The notes under the pieces: generated by a model
What the model saw: the letters and a program-made list of their open reading frames with translations, nothing else
Databases searched by the model: none
What the model was told of the DNA's origin: nothing
In this document: positions 49,247 through 62,695 of the stretch, in pieces
Layout: the number at the start of each line of letters is the position of its first letter
Numbering within the stretch: the first letter of the stretch is position 1
Translations under genes and position numbers: made by a program
NCBI GenBank assembly: GCA_043228905.1
Contig: JBHGNT010000012.1
Location: 3,844,001-3,908,000, forward strand
Length of the DNA: 64,000 bases
Reading direction: 5' to 3'
DNA from: Azolla caroliniana
Taxonomy: Eukaryota; Plantae; Polypodiophyta

Positions 49247-50089
49247 ACCAAATTTTTACTAAAAGCCAATATCAATTTCAAAATTGTAACTTGTACATAA
49301 TGAAGACATGTCATGTCACATATCATCATCAGTCTCCCAGTCGGAGAGCAAAACGTGTCATCGTGTCATAGATATGAACATGTCTCGAAAAATGTTCACA
49401 TCATTGTCTGGGTGTAAGGCAATGTAAAACAAGAAATTGTACACACTTAAGCATGATATGAAAGCATCGACTTTATACTTCATATAGTAGTTGTCTTTGA
49501 TCTAGCATAATCTTGTTGGGCCTTGGCTTTTATATAATTAAATACATTTGACTTTATAACTTATCAATACTACTGAAGCTTTAATGTCATGGTTTTCAAG
49601 TCCCCACATTTGCAATTGAGAGTATATACTTCTTTAGTTTCATGGAATGTCAACCCTCTTATAAACACGAGGGTTTGAAAACATAACTATTGCCTTAGGC
49701 AGTGACGACGAACGAATCTCTATGATTCCTGGGACAGAACAACACCAGTCGACTAATACACGTGTGAGGCTATAGGGTTGCGGTATGTTTCGAGGATCAG
49801 TGCATTACATTGCAGCCGTCATGGACCATGGAATCTCTTGTGTTGAGAGTGAGTGCATGCATGCCGTCATGGAAGATTGTGTCGTGTAAGTAGAGGTGAG
49901 AGTCCATGTTTACAAACCGTGTGCCAAAGGTGACAGACAGACAGGCGTGCGCATGCACAGACACAAACACACGCACACACAAAAATAAATTCATACCAAT
50001 GACGACGACTTATGAGGGGATCTCCGAGAGGGCAAAGAAGGAAGGCCCATTTTGAGAAGCATGCAAATGTTCATAGTAGATGGGGCCCA

Positions 50090-50148
50090 TTGACTCTTGA
50101 CTCTCAATGGAATCAATAGAGTCAAGAGTCAAGAGAGTCAAGAGTCAA
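50090..50148. promoter_or_regulatory. Cluster of six W-box cores (TTGACT/AGTCAA) forming a 15-bp inverted repeat upstream of SPS
   Basis: TTGACTCTTGACTCT-N13-AGAGTCAAGAGTCAA plus two more AGTCAA. Function is inferred only. Confidence 0.35.
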
Positions 50149-50171
50149 GAGATATGATGTAGATGAAGAAA

Positions 50172-50205
<34 letters not shown>

Positions 50206-50394
50206 TCACTCACTCACTCACTCACTCACTCACAAACAAACAAACAAACAAAAAAGCATTTCATGTAAAAAAACACAAAAAAGCAAATGAAAAGGGACCG
50301 CCCCCGAGAGAGAGTTAGAACTTAGAATCAAAAAATATAAAAATAATAAAAATTCAATAGTAAAATAAATGGAATAAATGGATCGGGGCGTTCT

Positions 50395-50480
50395 TCCACG
50401 GCGTGACGCGTGGCGCCCTGCTCCCCAGTCTACGTGTCAGGATTCCCGCGTTTCGCGGCCACGTGGCAGGCGTGCATGCG
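50395..50480. promoter_or_regulatory. ABRE/G-box cluster upstream of SPS
   Basis: GACGCGTGGC (CE3-like), TACGTGTC and GCCACGTGGC lie within ~70 bp in a GC-rich island ~500 bp before the ATG. Confidence 0.5.
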
Positions 50481-50935
50481 CTCCGGGAGGGAGACATCGA
50501 CGGCCTCAGGCGGTGCCACCTCAGCAGACGATCCGACGGTCCACACTCGCAGATGCTCTGCTCCTCCTCTTCCCCCCCCCCCAAAATAACAAAACAAAAC
50601 AAAACAAATCTCTCTGTCTTGTCTTGTCTTGTCTTTTGTTTGTCTCTGTGCGAGAGCTCTCCATCGCCATCTCCTTCTGTTTTATCTGCTACTTGGAAAA
50701 GGGAAGGAAAGAAAAGAAAAAAAATCGATTCCAGACATTTAAAGATACATTCACTCTGAATACCTTCCACAAATTTTGCATGCCTCTTTACCCCTTCCCC
50801 CACTCCAATAAAAAACCCCCCCCCTAAAACCCTAAAACCCTAGAAATCCCTAAAAGCCCCTGTTTGAAAACTCCTCCCAAATCTTAACCCTAATCCCCAG
50901 TTCTCTTCTTCTTCTTCTTCTTGTCATCTTTTCTT

Positions 50936-50966
<31 letters not shown>

Positions 50967-50971
50967 TTTCA

Positions 50972-53900
50972 ATGGCTGCCAATGAATGGATCAATGGATA
51001 CCTTGAAGCTATCCTCGCAGATGGTGCTCAGGATTTAGACGAGTCCCCTCCCATTCCTCCACTTCTCAAGAAAGGAGATTTTAGCCCTGCGAAGTACTTT
51101 GTTGACGAGGTCGTCACTGCGACCGACGAGGCTTCGCTTCACAGAACATGGCTCATGGTACGTGTTTCTGTTTCGTTTTCATTGGTGTGTGTTTTCTACG
51201 TCCATTTTTTCAGTATGTCATGATCTATTTCCATTCGATTCTATTTCAATCCAACTGCATATTATTACGTCACATTAATCATATTTTTCCTTAATTTTCT
51301 GGTCCTTCTCTTCCTCTTATTTTTGACATAATTCATTACGGCAGAATGCATATTAATACAATAATCTTGTTTTTCTTATATCTGAATCTTCTCTTCCTCT
51401 AATTATCTTTTTATTTATTACGGTAAAATGCATGCCATATATTAATTATGTGTTTAGTTATGACATCTGGTTTTCTTTTAACTCATTAGGGTAGATTCAT
51501 GTTAATCCTATCTTACTGTCATTGATTTGATTTGGTTTCTTCTTTATTCTAATTCCTCCATTTTAATCATTAGGACAATTCTGTTTATTAAATATCCTGT
51601 TTTGTCTTGTCATCCTCTAAAGATTTTATTTGGCTTTCTCTTTGTTTTATCCTCTTTTGGGCTCGTTGTAAGGATACATGTGTTTACTTTTTGGCTTCTG
51701 AAGGGTAAATGCATATGATTCAGATGTTTCTATCCTCTCATTGATTTTATGTCTGCTTCTCTTTGTTTTAATAAATTTCTTTATTCATTAGCACCTATAT
51801 GTAATTCATCATGTTTTTCTCAATGATATCTTTTGCCGTTCTTCTTAATGCACTCGATTCCTTCTCTGTTCCATCAGGGTAATTATTGTATGATCTTCTA
51901 TTGGGTGTATCCTCTCACAGGCCACAGCAACAAGAAACTTACGAGAAAGAAGCAGTCGCATGGAGAATCTGTGCTGGAGGATTTGGCATCTCTACAGGAT
52001 GAAGAAAAAGGTACTTGTTACTAAGACTTTGCTTCACTTTCATGATGTACGAATTTTGTGGAAATATGGTCATCATATTTAAAAGGATTAGGCAGAGTTA
52101 ATCCCGAAATTGTTCAAAAGGGCTAGGAAAATTGATACTAAACTAGCTTCATGATACAAAGATTGGGCAAACAATATTGCTAGACTTGCTTCACTTTCAT
52201 CATACAAGGATTCGGCGAAAAAATTTATCAGCATCCTCATAGTGAAGAATCTAGAGGATGTAGACATTTTAATTGAGATGCCACGCATATTTGGGAGCAG
52301 TAAGGAGGGGGCTCATTTAATTTCTAAACCAGAAGCGTCTATGTCTATATTGGTTATGCACAGATGGAGTGTGATGCTGCTCAGAGAATTGCACATCGCC
52401 GCCTTGAAGATGAGCAATGCCGTCAGGATGTCGCGGGTGACTTGTCAGAAGAGCTTTCTGAAGCTGAGAATATTTCAGAACCGCTAACACCAAATGGAGG
52501 AGGTGGATCTCCAAAATTGCTTTCTATTGATCAAAATGGTATTCCATATGGTATAGATAACATTGAACATCATAAAGAACGCCGGCTTTACATTGTAATG
52601 ATCAGGTAATAAATTTGATTTCCTTTCATTCGCTTCACAGGTTTTGTGCTTTATGTGACTTTAGTTAATTTGGATCTTGCAGCTTACACGGGCTTGTTCG
52701 AGGAGAAAACATGGAGTTGGGAAGAGATTCGGACACTGGTGGTCAAGTAAGTTTGGTTTCTCATCTCTCTAGTTAATATTAATTGTATCTTCTTCCAGTT
52801 GTAATCATAATGAATGGGGTAATTTTGATTTCCCACATGTTCGTGTGTGGGACTTCTGTTTAGCTATAATTTCAGTGAATCACGTACAAGGCATATATTA
52901 CATCTTCTATTCTGTTTTGCAATCCATGCATTGGATCTTCTATTCATTTGGCAATGCACGTATTAGTAGTCTCAATATAAATATATATTGTATCTCCTAT
53001 TCAGTAACTGTAATCTCCAAATGAATGATGCAACTGTTGGTTTCCTTATTTTTCTTTGTATTGTCACATCAGTTGTAATATCCTCTCAATTGAGGGATGT
53101 GTAGGTGAAATATGTGGTAGAATTTGCGAGAGCATTAGCAAGTCTGCCCGAGGTCTACCGTGTGGATCTGCTGACAAGGCAAATTTGTGCACCGGATGTC
53201 CATTGGAGTTATGGAGAACCAACTGAAATGCTTGCAAGTGGATCGTATGATCATGAAAATGAAGGAATGACCCAGAGTGAAGGTGCGTATATCGTTCGTA
53301 TACCATGTGGCCCAAGAGATAAATATCTCAGGAAAGAGATCCTCTGGCCATATATCCAAGAATTCGTAGATGGAGCATTGAGCCACATCCTTCATATATC
53401 AAAAGTTCTTGGAGAGAGAATTGGGAACAGTGAACCTGTTTGGCCATATTTAATACATGGACATTATGCGGATGCTGGAAATGTCGCATCTCTCCTATCT
53501 GGTGCTTTAAATGTGCCGATGGTATTGACTGGACACTCTCTCGGAAGAAATAAGCTTGAACAACTTCTGAAGCAAGGACGCCAGTCGAAAGAGGATATTA
53601 ATGCAACATACAAAATCATGAGGCGTATAGAAGCAGAGGAATTCTCTCTGGATTCAGCGGAACTTGTGATAACTAGCACAAAACAAGAAATAGATCAACA
53701 GTGGGGATTATATGCAGGTTTTAGTGTGAAACTTGAAAGAACTCTCCGGCTACGTGCCAAGAAAGGAATAGATTCGTATGGACGCCACATGCCAACCATG
53801 GCTGTAAGTTACCCTAAACTAAAGTTGTTTTTTTGTATAATGTTTTACAAATCACAGTTTTAGATCATTTGGGAGACTTCGGTAAGGTTTGAGAATGTGA

Positions 53901-56900
53901 CTGGTAGCATTTTTTCTAAAACATCTTTAAGTACAGAAAATTGTAAAGCACTTCTGAGGGGATATTGTCTACAATCTAGTCATCCAAGTTCATTCCAATG
54001 ATTCATTGTATGTTGAGTGTCTAATGCATTTGTCAAGTGGAAAGTGGGAAACTTCCAAGCTATGAAATATGATCATTCTAGACCCTAGATCGGATTGATT
54101 GGATGCATTGCCTCAGGTGATAGCTCCAGGGATGGATTTCAGCAACATAGTAGTACCAGATACTGGTGATGCAACTGAAGATGGTGATACTGCAGTCACC
54201 ACTGGAATAGATGCAAACACCATTTTACTAACATCCAAGCCAGAGCCTCCAATATTGGATGAGGTACATCGTTCTAGTCCAAGGCTCAAATGGACTCCCT
54301 CTCAATAAATAGATTTTTTGTTTCTTTCTCATATATTCCAAAGTATCGATTTAGGTTTATAGTAAACATGGTTTTCGGTAACTGCAGATTCTACGCTTCT
54401 TTGTAAACCCTGCTAAGCCAATGATTCTAGCACTTGCTAGACCAGACCCAAAGAAGAACATTCAGACTCTGGTGAAAGCTTTTGGGGAGTCCAAACCTTT
54501 AAGGAAACTAGCAAATCTGGTGGGAAACATTCATCTCTCCATTCACCTGTTATAATATCAGAACTATATCGATACTGATCCGATAGCTAAAGTTTTTGTT
54601 AACACTGTGAATTGTGTTGGGGCAGACACTGATCATGGGGAACAGGGATGAAATAGATGGGATGCCTACTGCTAATGCTAATGTGTTAGTTACTGTGCTT
54701 AAGCTTATCGACAAATACAATTTATATGGTGAGGTAGCATACCCAAAGCATCACAAGCAATCTGAGGTTTCAGATATATATCGTCTAGCTGCAAGGACAA
54801 AGGTATCAAAAATTAGGAAGGGTTAAATTTCATGGGAAAAAAGCATGTTTATGGTTAAATATTCATGGAATTTTTCATTGGAAAAACTTTTGGAGGGAAA
54901 GAACCTTTTAAACAAAAAGCTATTCAAGTCTATAAGTTTGTGTCTGTTTGTTTTTCTGACAGGGAGTATTCATTAATCCAGCTCTCGTGGAGCCTTTTGG
55001 TCTTACACTGATTGAAGCTGCAGCTCATGGTTTGCCAATGGTTGCAACTACTAATGGCGGCCCAGTTGACATTCATCAGGTATATATACTTCAGCGTATG
55101 TCAAATGAATGATGTTATATACCATGTCAAATGCCAAAAAGACGCATATTTTGTCTATATGTTGTGAAGGTTTTTAACAATGGTTTGTTTTATTTTGTGA
55201 AGCTTTTTAGCAATGGTTATTGGTATCTTGTAGTAAAGTTTTTGCTTTAACAACGTTTTCCTTTTGTATTGTGAAGGTTCTTAACAATGGTTTGTTGATA
55301 GATCCCCATGATTCTGACGCCATCTCCACAGCACTATATAAACTGGTATCCGATAAACATTTATGGAGTGAATGCAGGCGTAATGGTTTGAGAAACATCC
55401 ACCATTATTCATGGCCAGAGCATTGTAGGGTATATCTTTCAAGGGTAGCACTCTGTAGAAATAGGCACCCGCAATGGCAAACAGATGATATGCTCTATGA
55501 GGATATTGAACTCGAAAATTTAAATGATTCGTTGCAAGATGCTCATGATTACTCGTTACGCTTGTCGATTGATGGTGGAGGTTCTTTGAATGGATTGAAT
55601 GATATAGAGAAGAGGATACAAAATGGTTATGTGGGAGATGGGGAGGAGGATGGTTTTTCCGAACATCTAAGAAAGCTCATAGATAAGATGATGAAGAACC
55701 ATAATCCCAATAAAGATACTGATGATAAATCCAATATTGTAAGGACCACCTCTCTCAGTAAATCGGCCTTCTTAAGGAAGAGGAAGTCGGTATATATTGT
55801 CTCTTTGGATTCATATGGGAGAGATGGGCAACTCACAGACCATACTGCCAGCATCTTGAAGTCGATCTTTAATGCAGTAAGAAGTGAGGGTGGTGCAAGA
55901 ATGTCTGGATTTATACTTTCTACTGCCCTTTCGGCATCAGAGATTGTATCTTTTCTTGAACGGAACAGTATCAAGCTCGTAGAATTTGATGCTCTAGTTT
56001 GTTGCAGTGGTAGTGAACTATATTATCCATTCAGTATCAATGAGAGTGGTAAAGAGCTCGAACTGGGTCCCGACCTTGATTATGAGACCCACATAGATTA
56101 CCGATGGAGCAAGCGAGGATTGCAGAAGACAATCAACAAATTAATCAATGTTAGTGGAGAGTCTGGTAAACGGATTGCTTTGGAAGAAGATCATATTGAA
56201 GGCCACTCATATTGCATCAAATACATTGTCAAGGATGCATCGAATGTGAGTATTTTGTTTTTGTCGGAGTTGTTTTCTCAAAAAGACTACTAACTTTTTT
56301 TCTGACGGAATTTATGCTGCATTATATGGGATCCTCCTCAGATTCCAAGAGTAGAAGAGCTTCGTGAGAGGTTGAGAGGTCGAGGTTCACGATGTCATGT
56401 GATCTATTGCAGAAACTCGACAAAATTACACATTGTTCCACTGCATGCAAGCCGTGCCCAAGTGATCAGGTATCCATGCACTTATATAATCAAATACGGG
56501 CACAAAAATATACGGATTGGATCTTTGTATCTCACATTATCAGGGAGTGATGTTAAGCATTAAGCACAGCATAATAAGAAACAATGTAGGTATAGGTATA
56601 TGAGTTTAAGGGATTGATGTTTGGATCTCTTTTAATATAATCAAATATGGGCACAAAAATATAGGGGGATTGGATCTTTGTATCTCGCATTTTCAAGGAA
56701 TGATTTTAAGTTCAAGCGTAGCATAATAAGAAACAATGTATAGGTATACGAGTTTAAGGGATTGAGGTTTGGATATCTCTTTTAATCTTCTGAAGTGATT
56801 AAGCATACAATTCAATTGAATTTGGTCATACAAATGTTGTGCATAAAGGGATTTGATGTTTTGTGTATTTGAATTTGGGTATATAAATTGCGGTGAAATG

Positions 56901-57345
56901 CTTGTGCTGTGTGTATTCGTCAGAAGTCATTAGAAAAACATCAAGCATGCCTATATAATAATAAAATTGATGGATAACAATATGACCAAATCTTGAATCT
57001 GGACAAGCACACCTATAGTCGAAGACAAAATGATTCTAGACATGATTTGAGTTTTGTTTTTCTAACAGGTATCTATTCGTGAGGTGGGGAGTAGATGTTG
57101 CGAATATGACAATGTTTGTTGGGGAGACAGGGGACACAGATTATGAAGAATTGATCCCTGGACTCCACAAAACAATTATCCTCAAAGCAGCTGTAAAGGA
57201 GGGATCGGAACATCTCCTTCGTTCTTCACATACTTACACAAAAGATGATGTTGTACCCTCGGATAGTCCATTCATAGTGACAACCGATGGTTATGGCGTA
57301 GACCACATTGTTTGTGCTTTGAGAAAACTGAGTACATGTAAATGA
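50972..57345 (+). CDS. SPS: Sucrose-phosphate synthase; exons 50972-51157, 51921-52010, 52364-52605, 52683-52746, 53105-53803, 54117-54263, 54388-54519, 54626-54802, 54963-55079, 55277-56245, 56342-56469, 57069-57345
   Basis: [101 protein letters not shown] and the C-terminal SPP-like [11 protein letters not shown]. All introns are GT-AG. Confidence 0.97.
56484..56786. repeat. Tandem duplication, 2 x ~151 bp, in the last SPS intron
   Basis: ATATAATCAAATA.GGGCACAAAAATATA...GAGTTTAAGGGATTGA.GTTTGGAT occurs twice. Confidence 0.9.
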
Positions 57346-57599
57346 TAAAATGTAGCTACATAAAAGTCTTTCAAAACACAGTTAGGAAAGGTTTACCGCT
57401 GTGTGTAAAATTTGCCGACGTGCTCTTTTGACTCTTTTGTTTGTTCTGATATCTTATCATATTGTAATTTGTTCCAATGCTTCGGCCCGTTCAAAGGCCA
57501 AAATGTTTGGACTTCCAATTGTTTTTACCACAGGTCTCGGACAATTTGTACTAATGTCACAAACCTATTGTCCATAGCATTGTTGTGCATTATATAGGA

Positions 57600-58560
57600 T
57601 GGTATAGGGTTTCATGGAGATGATGTGATCACTTTCGTGAGTTGTAAGATTAAATCTATGGGGAAATAATGGAAGTCACAGAAGACTCATGCCAATGGGA
57701 AAGTTCTACAAAGTTTCATTGGCACTCGTTATCACTTAATTGAAATGGTACGATATTTCTTTTTGTCTAGAATTATGTAGGTGGATCTAGATGGATTCAT
57801 CACGATGGTACTTTGAGAATGGATGTTGTCACCTTAATTGCATCTTGCAACCATGTCATCATTAAAAAACAATCAACAAGGGCAACGAGGTATAAGATTT
57901 TTTTATGTGTAAAATTATGTAGGTGGATCCAGATGGATGATGCATCACGATGGTACTTTGAGAATGGATGTTGTCACCTTCAGTGAATCTTGCTGCCATG
58001 TCATCATTAAAAAACACTCAACAAGGGCAACGAGGTTCATTTGGGAGATTGCCTAAGAAGGATTGGTAGAACCACATGTGGTAATTGGTAATGCTTTGCA
58101 TGAGGGGCTACGAAAAGTACAAGCTATGGTGTAATGACATTATGCGAGATTCAGTCTTTTGCAATGCATTGTTTGAATGCTATATTCAACATGGACAAAA
58201 GTGACGACACCACTTATTCTTTTTGAGTACATGCAAAATGTTGCCCATTCTTTCATATCCATGTTATTTTTGCACCAAGAAAGTAGGTGGTTGTATGACT
58301 CCAACTAGTTAATCATGGAAAGCACGACTATCAATAAAGGGTTTCTAGAAGTAGCAATGAATTTGATAATGTGGTATGCTAGAGAAAGCATAAGAAGTAC
58401 ATTGGAGCTTCTTATCGTGGATATTTTTTCATGTTGTGCACTCATTGCATGATAACCCCAAAGAGGAAAATATGCACTTACATGTTTTGAGCACATGAGA
58501 TATGATGTCCTTCGAGCCATCCTCACTTGAATCCTTGGGACATTTGGTGAGCATTTGACA
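57600..58560 (+). pseudogene. Degenerate PLS-class PPR gene remnant with an internal ~142-bp duplication (57771-58036)
   Basis: Fragments DVVTF, NKGNEVH, GLVEPHVVIGNAL, RDSVFCNALFECYIQHGQ, CGMLEKA*EV, DIFSCCALIA and ALTCFEHM, broken by stops and frameshifts. Confidence 0.6.
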
Positions 58561-58637
58561 TTGTGTTAGTGCAAACGCCAATCACCTATTCTATATGGGA
58601 TGTACTTTCTTGTTGTTTATAGGCTCCACCCCCCCAC

Positions 58638-58655
58638 CTAAGGGGTTGAGCATGA

Positions 58656-58716
<61 letters not shown>

Positions 58717-58777
58717 TAGATTAGAGAGGAAACTTCTTCTATTTTTCAGATTAGAGAGGAAACTTCTTCTATTTTTC
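58638..58777. repeat. (GA)n microsatellite followed by a 2 x 30-bp tandem repeat
   Basis: Visible directly in the sequence. Confidence 0.95.
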
Positions 58778-59499
58778 ATTCATGCCCCATATGGGGTTAT
58801 ATAGTTACATGAGGGTTACACATCAACAAGAAGGGGTACATAGCCATCTAGCCATTCACACACACAACGTACTCGCACTCTTTCATATCTACACACATGC
58901 ACACACATGTGTATGTGTTCCTACATATACGAACATACTCACACTTACTCTTGTGGACATTTGCACATACACTTACAACAATACTTCATACAAAGACTTT
59001 CACACTTATCCATCCACGTACAATCATATAGATAACACGAGCCGGTCTACAATCATTGTAATCCTTATATGGTTATATATGTAACAAGGTGTTTTTTGCA
59101 TTATTTATATTTAGTAATCCATATAATGAATGGGGAGAATATGCATTGAAATGTTTGAACACATTAAAAACAATGGGTTTTTGCCAATCCGAATAAATCC
59201 ACTTCCTTATTATAGGGACATGTTTCTGCTTTGAGAAAAACGTCCAGGATATTCACCACAGTGTCAAGCTCATAAAGTCAGAAAACAAATTTTGTTATTC
59301 AAATATATGTCAATGTATTGATTCTTATACATATTGGTTCTACAAGATGAATTGCCAAGATCCTAAATGGTGTAACCGTTCGAATATTTAATTCGATGCT
59401 AGAAATTACAATATTATTTAATAATTAATGCTAGGAATGATCATGTTGTTAACACATGACATGCTCGTGAGCATGGAGATGAAATCCATTTGAACCTAT

Positions 59500-61800
59500 C
59501 GAATCACAAAAATGGGTCTATGATTCAAGCCACCAAAAAATTTTGATTCGACATGGTCATTAATGCAATTGAGATTCTCGTCAAGGTTTCTTCATTGGGA
59601 CTTGAGAATGGGTTCCATGGCGTCTTTCCGAAGTAAGTACGGCTTGAGCCAATAGCCATTAACTTGCTTTCCGACAACTTCTCCTTGGATTGTGCCGAGC
59701 TCAAAGATTCTATCATTGATGAACTTGTATGATCCAGTACAATCCCTGCCCATCATAGTTTCAGTTTTCGTGGTTTAATCCCCATTTTTGTCTAGAAAAC
59801 TAAAATTGCCTTGCCCTTCTACAGTTCGCTATCACGCTTTCGTCGATGGTTGTTGATAAACACTTCTCTCTGTCTTTGTACTGCCTCGTGCATTGCTTCG
59901 ATGCAAATATGTTCTTTGCCTAATTTTAGCAATTTGATTTTTCGAATGTTAACTGATGCATCCTTGTCTAGCCTTTCCTACACCTGAATCTGTAAAGAGT
60001 TTGTGACAAACTCTGTCGGTGAAATGACATCTAAGTCGTAGACCAATCGAAACGGCGTCGAATCGATTGCTCATTTGAAGGAAGTTTGATACGCCCATAT
60101 CATCGATTGTAGTTTACGATCCAAATTGGTTCGTTGTTCATTCACCATCTTCCTCAGGATTCGTTGCAGGCTCTTGTTTGAGGATTCTACTAATCCATTT
60201 GCCTGTGGATGTATACGGTGTTATTTTTGTGCACAATCATATGCTTGGTTGTGAGCTCCCAAATAGCCTTTTTAATGAAGTGACCACCTTGATTACTTAC
60301 TAGCTCGATTAGGTAACCAAATCAAGTCAAGATATTTTCATACAAAAATTGGGCTACCAATTTTGTTGAATTATCCCTTATTGCCTTTGCTTTGACCCAT
60401 TTTGTACAGTAGTCTGTTGCTACTATAATGCACATGTTGTTGGTCTGAGTTGTTGCTAGAATGGATGGTCTGACAAAGTCCAGACCCCACTTTCTGAAAA
60501 GGTTCCAATGGCAACATCGGTTTGTGTGCCATTCTCGATTTCTTAGTAGGTTGTCCTAACCTCTAGCAGACATCACATTGTTTTGAGTATAGGTGCACAT
60601 CCTTGGATACCATAAGCCACCAATCCATACTCTTACAAGTAGTTACCTCGCCAGAATAGTGTCCACTCACCACTCCTTCGTGAGCTTCCTTGATGATGGC
60701 GAGCTTCTCATGCTCTTAGACACATAGTCTCCATGTTGTGACATCTCCTTAGTTGTATAGAGCATCGTGGATGATATTAAATCTTTGACTACGCAATGCG
60801 AGTCGCTTCCTTTGATCTCTTTTCTGACCTGGTGGTGGAATTCCTTGAGTCAAGAAGTACTTGATCTCCTCGTACCACACGTTTGGTCCTTTGATCCTCA
60901 TTTCTTCGTCAAGATGCCACCACCTAGGAAGTCATCAAGCACTCTTGTTGTTGCTTCTCCTGTTTTGATTCTTGAAAATTAGTCTACGGGTTACACACAA
61001 GACTCTCAATGTGTGGATTATTGTAAACTCAAACTCTTGCAGGAGCAACATCCACCATGCTAGCTTGCCTATTAGTTCTAGTTTACTTACTAAGTACATA
61101 AAGTCCAATGATCTACATGAAAAGTGAACTTATTCTCCAACAATTAGTGTCTAAACTTGTTAATCGAGTAGATCATGTCGAGCGCGTCTTCCTTGGTGGT
61201 TGAATAGTTTTGTTCTGCTTTGTTCAACTTTTGACTAGAATAGAACACTAGGTGGAACAACTTTGTCTCATACTCTTGCACGAGTATGCTTCCGATGGCT
61301 ATATTTGATGCGTCAACAAAGATATGGAAGTCTTTCAACCAATCGGGCAACTGAACCACTGCTGCCCTTGAAAGTAGAACTTTCAAATTCCTAAATGTTT
61401 CTTCACATTCAACTATCCACTCAAACTTCTCCTTATGGACAACTATGTGTAACGGTGTCGCTACATCCGCCAAGTATCGCAATACTCAACTATGCCAACA
61501 CGCTTTACCCAAAAATCGACCAAGTTCCTTAACATTCTTTGGACTTGGTGCTTCCATTATTGCCAACTTTTGATGGGTCGATGGTAATTCCATCTTTGCT
61601 GACAATGTGTCCTAACAACATCCCACTTGATACAACAAAAGCACACTTGGCTGGATTTAGGCTTAAACTTGTTTCTTGACATCATGTAAGGATTTGTACC
61701 ATCTAGTGTATGCGATCGATGATCTTTCCAAACAACACAAAGTCATCGAGAAAAACTCCTAATAAAATTTGGAATAAACGGTGCAAATATCTCGACGGTT
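59500..61800 (-). mobile_element. Decayed Ty3/Gypsy pol (RT, RNase H, integrase)
   Basis: Minus strand reads VFLDDF (RT), LNPAKCAF, FHIFVDASNIAIGSIL and AEQNYST (RNase H), then integrase-like IHPQANGLVESSN and VNGYWLKPYL. The RT-RH-IN order indicates Gypsy. Confidence 0.85.
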
Positions 61801-62602
61801 GTATTCTTTTCATTAAGTGTCACCTAGCTTCTTCCACAATTCCTTCAAGCTTTTATAGTTTGAAACTAGGGAGAAGACATTGTCTGCTAGGTGCAACTAG
61901 ACTGTTGACATTGTCAGTTGATCAAGCATACTCTAGCCTTCATCATTCACATTTGGGGGGTCTCTTTCTGACAACCAAAATCAACTGCCCTTGCCATATC
62001 AAAACATGATGGATTTGGTTTTTCTAGCGAGAGAAATTTCAGTTCAATCAAAGAGATACGAATCTCCAGACCTCCACTTCCTTTGAGATGGGTAATCTCC
62101 CCATCCCTTGTAGAGCCTCGTGGGGAGCATCAACAAGAATCCTCGAGGACTTCAGAGCAGAGGAATGACAAAAGAGTCACAACTCTTCAGATTCGCACGC
62201 CCCAAGGCACGAGTGAATCATCGCTGTAATTCGGCGCACACAAATTTTATACATGAGTTCGGGTTTTCGAGGCCTCTATGGAGAATGCAATATCAACAAT
62301 GCCGGAGATTCAGCCTTGTTCCAAGCTTTTATCGGATTCGGGTAAAAACCAGAAAGTGTGCCAAAGGTTCAATATTTGGATCCACAAGTACTGAATGGCT
62401 TTTGTATATTTTGTCTTTCTCTTGTGAATGGAGGAGGCCCTTCCATTCAAAAAAAAAAAAACACTAGGAAATGGAAATAACACACTGCATGGTCTCTGTT
62501 CCTCTCTGCCTCTTGCTACACCCCTGAACCATATCCAAGCTCTCTGATTCTTCCAGTCGAGAAAGAAGCAGGACAGAAGAAATCTCGCAGAAAGGCAGAG
62601 CT

Positions 62603-62695
62603 ATGTTTCGACTGTGCAAATGGAGGAGACGCCATCCAGAAGCTTCCATTTCCTGCTTACTGTCACAGCTGTTTACCTCACCTCTCCATTGCTCT
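62603..62695 (+). CDS. Possible first coding exon of a gene continuing beyond the window
   Basis: MFRLCKWRRRHPEASISCLLSQLFTSPLHCS ends at a GTATGA donor and is followed by T-rich intron-like sequence. No domain recognised. Confidence 0.25.

Noticed and set aside
50354-50827. Overlapping 118-149-aa ORFs upstream of SPS
   Set aside because: GC-rich promoter sequence and simple repeats with no protein-like features.
50820-50895. AAACCCTA telomere-like repeats
   Set aside because: Only a few degenerate units; these are ordinary telo-box-like 5' motifs, not an interstitial telomere.
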